A stretch of DNA of 49,291 bases, filler included, from Streblomastix strix (lineage: Eukaryota): the NCBI GenBank assembly GCA_008636045.1. It is 3 parts of 3 records of this genome, joined end to end, with 100 filler letters (N's around TTAATTAATTAA, not from the genome) between each part and the next. Parts side by side here need not be neighbours in the genome. Positions count along the whole stretch, not along the records: positions 32,931 to 49,291 come from SNRW01000828.1; 2 more parts are not named here. The stretch is one strand, 5' to 3'. A program made the translations under genes and the position numbers. Of the stretch, positions 42,880-49,291 are shown piece after piece. Positions within the stretch are counted from its first letter, which is position 1, and each line of letters opens with the position of its first letter. The notes below the pieces were generated by a model, which was not told where the DNA came from, ran no database searches, and saw only the letters and a program-made list of their open reading frames with translations.

Positions 42880-44750
42880 TTTCGTATAATCTCTTTCCCT
42901 GGATTCAGAATCAGAGAGTTATCTCCAAGAATAAGGTATTTACTACTTTCTGTTAATAGGACCGTGAACTATATTTGATTTGGTTAACAAGGGTTTATCA
43001 AGATAGGTATTGATTTGAATTTGTTCCATACGATCAGAAATTTAACAATCTTAGAAATTGATAGATGGACCTAGAATATCTCATTCTTCCATGGTTTTGT
43101 GAAAGCTTTTATCCATTCTGCCTTTTCCTCTTCCTCATATATTTCAATAAATCAATCCACGAGCATTTTTTTCCGCTGTTGCGAACAAGTCCAGTGTCGG
43201 TATTATCTCCTACGCTTGACACAGGGCTATGAATACTTCTTTCTTTACAGAATAATCGCCCTGGGTACTTAACTTACTTAGCGCGTTGTTATCTTGTTCG
43301 ATATTCCCGGAATATGTTGAGTCTGTGTTTGTATTTTCAGTTATTGACAGATTCCAACGATCTTCTTCGTTTCCGCTTCTGATGATTCTCCTGCACTCTA
43401 TTTAGCAATATGTTATACTATGGTAGAGTTATCTGACTTTATTAGGATCGCTTTAATCTGCAGCTATTTAATGATTCCTCAGTAGCTATACAGACCTAAA
43501 AAAATAGCCTCCATTTCCTTCCTATTATCTGTCCATATTTTCAAATCTTTCTTCTATTCTCCATGATGCACTAGGTTATCTCCAGTTTCTAATTCCAAAT
43601 TCACTCCCCAAATCTTTGAGGAAGTGTATTATATTATGATTGACTCTGGATCTCTCACATCCAGTGTCATCTTCTCGTATGTCGAGACTGTTCCTTGCAT
43701 CCAATATAGTTCTTGTTGGATCTTCAATGGTAATATCATATACTCTTTCCAATTTTTCTTCTTCAATGCTTTTGTTTTCGCAGAGTCTATTTGCAGGAGA
43801 TATAGGGAGACTTATCTCATTTGAATCCTTAAAAGGTTTTACTTTCCTATTATACAGGCTAGATATTAAGCATTAATTTGCATTTTCCTCTAGGTTATAT
43901 TAGTAAAGCTTTTGAGCTAAAAGTAAAATTCTTATATTATCATGGTTTTCATCTTCAGACATATTCTACATAAATCCAGGGACCATCTTAGAAAATTTAT
44001 CAGTTGTTTCTATTTTATATCGCATTTCTCTTATGTAAATATCCATCCGAACGCTTTTAAGATATTCAAAATTGTTTGCGTTTGCATTTACAATATGTTT
44101 TTATCATAATGTAGGAGAAAAAGATCGTCTACGTAGTTCAAGATTCTTATGTCTGATTCTCTCCCAATCTTTGCTAAAACCATTGCTAATGCTTGTGCGA
44201 AGAAGAATGGAGAGTTTTATGTTCCGAAAGACACTGCTCTATATTGATAAACTTTTCACATTGCTTCAAATGTAATTTATAATCTATGTGGTGATAATAC
44301 TAATCGATGGCGAAAAGCTGATTTCAGATCAAAACTTGTTTCCCAATCTCCTTTCCTAATCAAATCTCTCACTTGATCTGTTTCATTCATCTTAAGGTGA
44401 ATCTTTTAAATCTTCTTGTTATGATTATTAGCATCTAGGGTTTTCCTCCATTTCCTCTGAGGCTTCGGAATTATAAATGTTGGATTGAACCATTTAGCCC
44501 ATTCTTCGAGTTTTTTCCAGATTAAGTTTTCACTAAATTATTCCTACAATTTCACCTTATATGCTGTTTTCTCTTCTGTTTTTCATGAGAATGGGCAGAT
44601 CCTCAGTTTCTGTTCAAACCATTTTTCACTATCCTCGTTCTTAAATATTTGAAAGAAGCCTTTTTGTATAAAATCATCTCCTTTCACTAGTTTCCATGTC
44701 TGTAGGTAGCGAGCAGTTTTTTCTCTCATTCCTATGAATGATTGTGATTG
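42880..44750 (-). pseudogene. RT-RNase H-methyltransferase (pol) of DIRS element B
   Basis: YLQTWKLVKG; WFNPTFIIPKPQRKWRKTLDA; FDLKSAF; FGTQNSPFFF; NYVDD (YVDD at 44124-44135); NRKEMEAI, IKSDNST, HIPGISN (RNase H); PTLDLFAT (MT). Internal TGA stops and frameshifts. Confidence 0.88.
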
Positions 44751-44799
44751 TAGCATTTCCTCTGTTTGATTCCTTGCAAAGATTTCTCGTGTCATAATC

Positions 44800-47700
44800 T
44801 CATCCTAATCTCTACACTGGTTTAACATCATTTGAAATATTCCGGGAGCTCTCACCTGGCTGTCAGCGCTGCTAGTTATCGTTCTGATCTAAGTTCTAGT
44901 TTTCGACAACATAAGTATTAGTGCTCGTGTCTTTGCTTCTGACAAGAGATGAGCTTCATTATTTCCCAACTTATGGACTATGAAAGGGATATCTTCGGAT
45001 ATCTGTAGGAGGCACTGTTTAACTATCTATTATATTGACCCTAGTAGCTTTTACTTATTCAAAATCCACATTATATGTAGAAGATGCTATTTTTCTTACA
45101 TTTCCTATTTCTGAAAGTGTATCTCCAGATGTATGTAAAACTTATGCTGCTTCTTCTACAATTTATTGATGTTAAGTTCCTTTCGAAACTATGAGTGATT
45201 TGAAAACTGAATTCACCAGATCAACATCCAAAATTGAACTATAATTATAGTTTGGGTGAGATGTTGTATACTTATTTGAGTTCCTTTTAATTCGAGAAGT
45301 TATCCATTGCCTTCTACTGATGGGTGATCTGGATTTCAGTATCATGTAAAACAAGTCAGGAGTCCTCCACGGCGGTCTTAGATAACCCATCAAACTAGAC
45401 CATACTCCAAAACGACTGTGCGGCACCCCATAGTCATACTAAAATAATGTCTGTGTGATGAAATTTTTGTGTTTGTTGCATCTTTAATGTTTTTTCCCAT
45501 TTTTTCCGATTGGTCTGATATTTCTAAGTTAATTATCTCCTACATTATTTTTCAATTGTGATTCTTTTTGCAATTTTTTCTCTTATTCCCCAGTTCCATT
45601 ACCAAAATTCCATTCCATATCTATATATATTATTTAGTTTTGATACATTTCTAATTTCCTATGCATTTATGCTTCATAAAAGTTTGCTATTCAGAAATCT
45701 GAGCCTGATCCTGTTCTAACTCCTGCATATTCATCTTCTGGTAGTTTCTTTGAGATATCCATGCGCATTTTTATTGCTTAATCATCATATGATCTTCTAT
45801 GGAATTTATTCATCATATTGTCCATCATGTTTTTGGAATTAGTTATTTTATTCTATTTGATAAATCTCATTGATTTAGTCTGAAGTATAAATTTTGACCT
45901 TTACTTATCTTTCAGTATTTGTTTATATTAGTTGGAGTTAGTTTACTGCTTCATTAAGTGGAATGCATCCTGAAAGCAATTTTCCTTTGATGAACCAATG
46001 ACTTGGATCCATAACAAAAAGTTCCTGATTCGACTTTGGTTTTGAATTGGTTTGATTTGTTATAATGTGTTGAGAGAAATGTTCTCTGATAGTGAGACTT
46101 ATTGATATAAATTTAGCAACTCTTGGATAGTTTGTTAAAGTTTTATTTAGTTTTGTTCCATCATATTTTTCAAGTCTTCATTCAAATTAACTTCTGGAAG
46201 TTGTTCGTAATTAATTTCATTATTATGCTCATTCTATTGTTATGATACGTACTCATTGTTTGGGTGGTATTTGCTTGGACAATTTTTATTGTATTTCCAG
46301 ATCTTTCTGGTTACATATTTCTGTTTCTTTATTCATTAGCTGTTATGTCTACTTTTTGAAGCATTAGTAGTTCCCTATTAACAAAATTTAACAAGGCGAT
46401 TAATTATCAGATTTCAGAAATCTTTTGCTGATTTATTTATTATTCATTCTCTTATTGAGCAAGCTACTGTTTCGCTGAATTGAAATTCGGAATGCATCTT
46501 CCTGAGCTATTCATAAGTTTGATAACTAAGCTGGAAGGCCTCATTGTGAGTAGTGTGTGTTCTAAAAAACTCATTCGCTAGTTCTGTTAAATTCTGAACT
46601 TTCTAAGATGTTACCTTGCGATTTAGCAGTCCTTGGCTTCTTACCGATGTGAATCCTATACCAAATTTTCATTTTGCCTATTATCCAGGTCTATGTTAAA
46701 ATCAGTTCTTTTCCTTTTCCTGCATTTCTCATATCCAGTACAGTTTCCTCTATTATTTTGAAATCCTTTGCCATGTCTGCGATTTTTTTCATGATCATGA
46801 TCATGATTGTGATCGTGGTGGTGATGGTTGTCTTCATCTAATTTTATTCTCACTGAATCGTGCAATAATTCTGTATCTAACTCTCTCCAAAAGGCTTTTT
46901 AATCGTTTATTGTTTGTTATTCGTGTCCTGCATGCTTCTAAATGAATAGATCGACGATTACTAGGTTTTAAGCAAATTGTCAATGGTGTTCTCCACCTGT
47001 TTTAAGCCCAGGAGATCGTAGTATATAACTTCTCTGAGCAAAAATTCCTTGAGTGCATTGAATTGCTGTTAAATCATATTTATAGATAGTTTGAATATTT
47101 TATTTGAATAAAAAGATTTTGATCTGTTATAAGGGAATTTTTTTGAAACTGAACGGTAGTTAGTCTTGTTGTATCCTCCTTGTTAAAACATCAGCTGGAG
47201 AATCTAACAATCCTCCATTTATAACTCTCTCTTCAGATATTGAGTTTTGAATAAGCTGTGTTATGATTGATTGTCTAACAGTATGAAATTAATTGTTTAA
47301 TTGAATTCAGTGATCTTTTAATTGACTCTGGAGGGTGGATTAGTAGGTGAAATGACCCATTGCAGCTGGAATTGGTGAGGTTAAAAGACTTGACTGAAAT
47401 TAACTAAGCTAAAATCAAGCTTAAGTTTGATTCTATATAAACTGTGATAATCCTTCAATCAGATTTGGTTACTTATATAGCTACCGATTATAGTTTGTAG
47501 AACTGTAAGGCTTTTATAAAAAGCCTGATTACTGAAAACTTTAAAATTATGGATACTGAAACTTACCAAATCCTCGAAACAGTTGTTATAGTTACTGTTT
47601 CTGCAGTAACTGGCCTGCATAGTATTGCTAAAAGATCTACATTGGAATGATGGTCATTAATTATTGGATTTGCTGTTTTGATCTCAGTCGTGTTGCAGAG

Positions 47701-48413
47701 TGTTGCCATGCTTGCAAGTTTACCAAATCCTAGCTTATCCGGCTTTGCTTCAGTCCTAATGCGCGATACAGCTGAATTGCATGCGATATAACCCTGTTGT
47801 AGCAAGGGTAGAACTGCTGTTCCCTCTACATGCCTCCCTTCATTCAAATTCGAAGAGACATCGACCTCTCTGCAAAGCGCAGTAGTGCAGCACAAATATC
47901 TTCAAGATCAATCATCGCCTCTTTGGTATTGCCTTCGAATACTTATTGAATCGAAAATATTGTCAGTATGCAGTGCAGTAAAATCTAAAATTACAAATTT
48001 TTTAATGAATTCTTTGACCTGACTATTCAAGTTGTTGGACACTGTCTGGTGCGGTGGTACTTCTGCGTGTCTTGTGACCTCTGGTACGTGTTACGTTCGC
48101 GCCTCGTAGTCCCATATCTGCGCTTGTGCGATTGGATTCGCCCAAAAATCTATTGCGAACGTGTTCCACCCGGTTAACAGTTTCATGAACTTTATTATGT
48201 AATATTTAATCTCCTTATCGGGCTTCGCCCTTAGAGCTTGTCCTGCATCCGTGTCCGTCACCGTAATCTCCCAATCGCAAGCGAGTATGTTTAAATAGTT
48301 CCTGTTCTCGTCCCTGTTGTTAGTAAGAATTCCTAACAGGGGCGTATTCGGACCTGTTGCTTCTTTATGGTGTTCAATTAGTGCAACAGCTTGTTCATTG
48401 TCTGGTTGCGATA
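44800..48413 (-). pseudogene. Long ORF1 (gag-like) region of DIRS element B
   Basis: Begins (ATA)SQPDNEQAVALIEHH just inside the 5' ITR; includes track ORF 47563..47895, Q/P-rich and RS-rich segments; several TGA stops and frameshifts. Confidence 0.65.
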
Positions 48414-48916
48414 TATTTCGCTTTCTTATTTTTTAAATGACAGACCCTTAGGATTGGACAGCTCGACGGAGCATCCAGGTCCTACGGCCCTTTTTGCTAT
48501 CTCAAAATAAAGGGGTGATGCAAGAGTCTCTGACGGAGATAACTACAATAATCTCTGTAAGGAAATGATTGACAAACTCTGAAAATCAAATGAAAATTTT
48601 AAAAAATAATTTTAGCCCAGGATACGGACACCCTAATTCCCGATTATGCAGGGTTCCAGTTCAGGAGTAGTTGACTTTTAAAATATATTACTTATATATA
48701 TTATATATATAAATATAATAGTTAAAATCAAATATATGATTTTTAAATAATATAGATAAGATTGAAGCTCGTTTTAACTTTTTTTATTTTAATAGTAAAT
48801 TATTCATTCAATTGTTAATATCCATCTAAATATTGCAAAATTATAACATCATACGAGTTACATATTATATGCAGAGAAATTATTAATTATTTTTACTTAA
48901 AAACAAGATCATACAA

Positions 48917-49268
48917 GCTGCACTTGATCTGCCTTCATTTGTAGACTGTGAAAAATAATATAAAAAATAATTATAACAAAAGTAAATAAAATTAAATTTA
49001 AATATGAATCATCAGAATGAGAGGTTCAATAACCGCATTTGTTCTAATTGTTTCATCATAAATCTTGTCAGTAGCTTCAACAATGTACAAAATTGTTGTA
49101 TCAATGACCTATAGTAAATTTGAATATTAATAATAGTAATAAAAAATTTATTATAAATAAAGACAGAAAGAAAATCATACAAATCTTTCGTCTGATGATT
49201 TGGGGTTTAGAAACTTCTTTAAAATACTAGGCATATCTTAAGAATAAAATTCATCAAGACATTCTGAT
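48917..49268 (-). CDS. Partial multi-exon gene entering from the right edge (helical, possibly ARM-like; may be a pseudogene)
   Basis: Exon-like blocks 49181-49268, ~49005-49108 and 48917-48947 with AG acceptors and GTATGA donors translate SECLDEFYSQDMPSILKKFLNPKSSDERF|VIDTTILYIVEATDKIYDETIRTNAVIEPLILMI. The donor near 49004 is not canonical. Confidence 0.45.
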
Positions 49269-49291
49269 CCTAAATTATTCAAGGAAACAAT

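Larger units (their letters stand above)
41127..48570 (-). mobile_element. DIRS-type tyrosine-recombinase retrotransposon B (full length, degenerate, ~7.4 kb)
   Basis: Diverged ITRs 41127-~41260 and ~48415-48547 (shared TTATTTTGAGAT and CTCCGTCGAGCTG.CCA); ICR at 41690-41802; long ORF1, RT (YVDD), RNase H, MT and YR. Confidence 0.9.

Noticed and set aside
46656..46865. His/Asp-rich ORF and GATCAT repeats
   Set aside because: Off-frame reading of the RS-repeat segment of DIRS B ORF1, not a metal-binding protein or a GATC array like 1941-2045.

Overview
Very AT-rich eukaryotic (protist) genomic DNA that uses a non-standard nuclear code: TAA/TAG = Gln, TGA = stop (translation table 6). The supplied standard-code ORF track is therefore mostly fragments or shadow ORFs. 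The code, the short GT-AG introns and the load of DIRS retroelements fit an oxymonad such as Streblomastix best (inference, not verified). From left to right: (1) 1-2650, a compact intronless gene cluster of viral or mobile character (fibre-repeat protein plus two orphans), followed by a tRNA-sized Pol III A/B-box element, a GATC-rich hairpin and 31-bp repeats; (2) a 4-exon ~3000-aa MROH1-like HEAT-repeat gene (+) lying tail-to-tail with a ~1600-aa Fused/STK36 kinase gene (-); (3) two MITE-like inverted-repeat elements; (4) two full-length but degenerate DIRS-type tyrosine-recombinase retrotransposons (21207-26981 and 41127-48570), each with ITRs and an internal complementary region, plus two further DIRS fragments; (5) a 4.5-kb Q/N/S-rich reading frame with poly-TAA (polyQ) tracts that keeps its frame but carries three in-frame TGA codons; (6) several decayed or partial genes. 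Two 100-bp assembly gaps contain an artificial TTAATTAATTAA linker. All translations were done by hand and no database searches were run.
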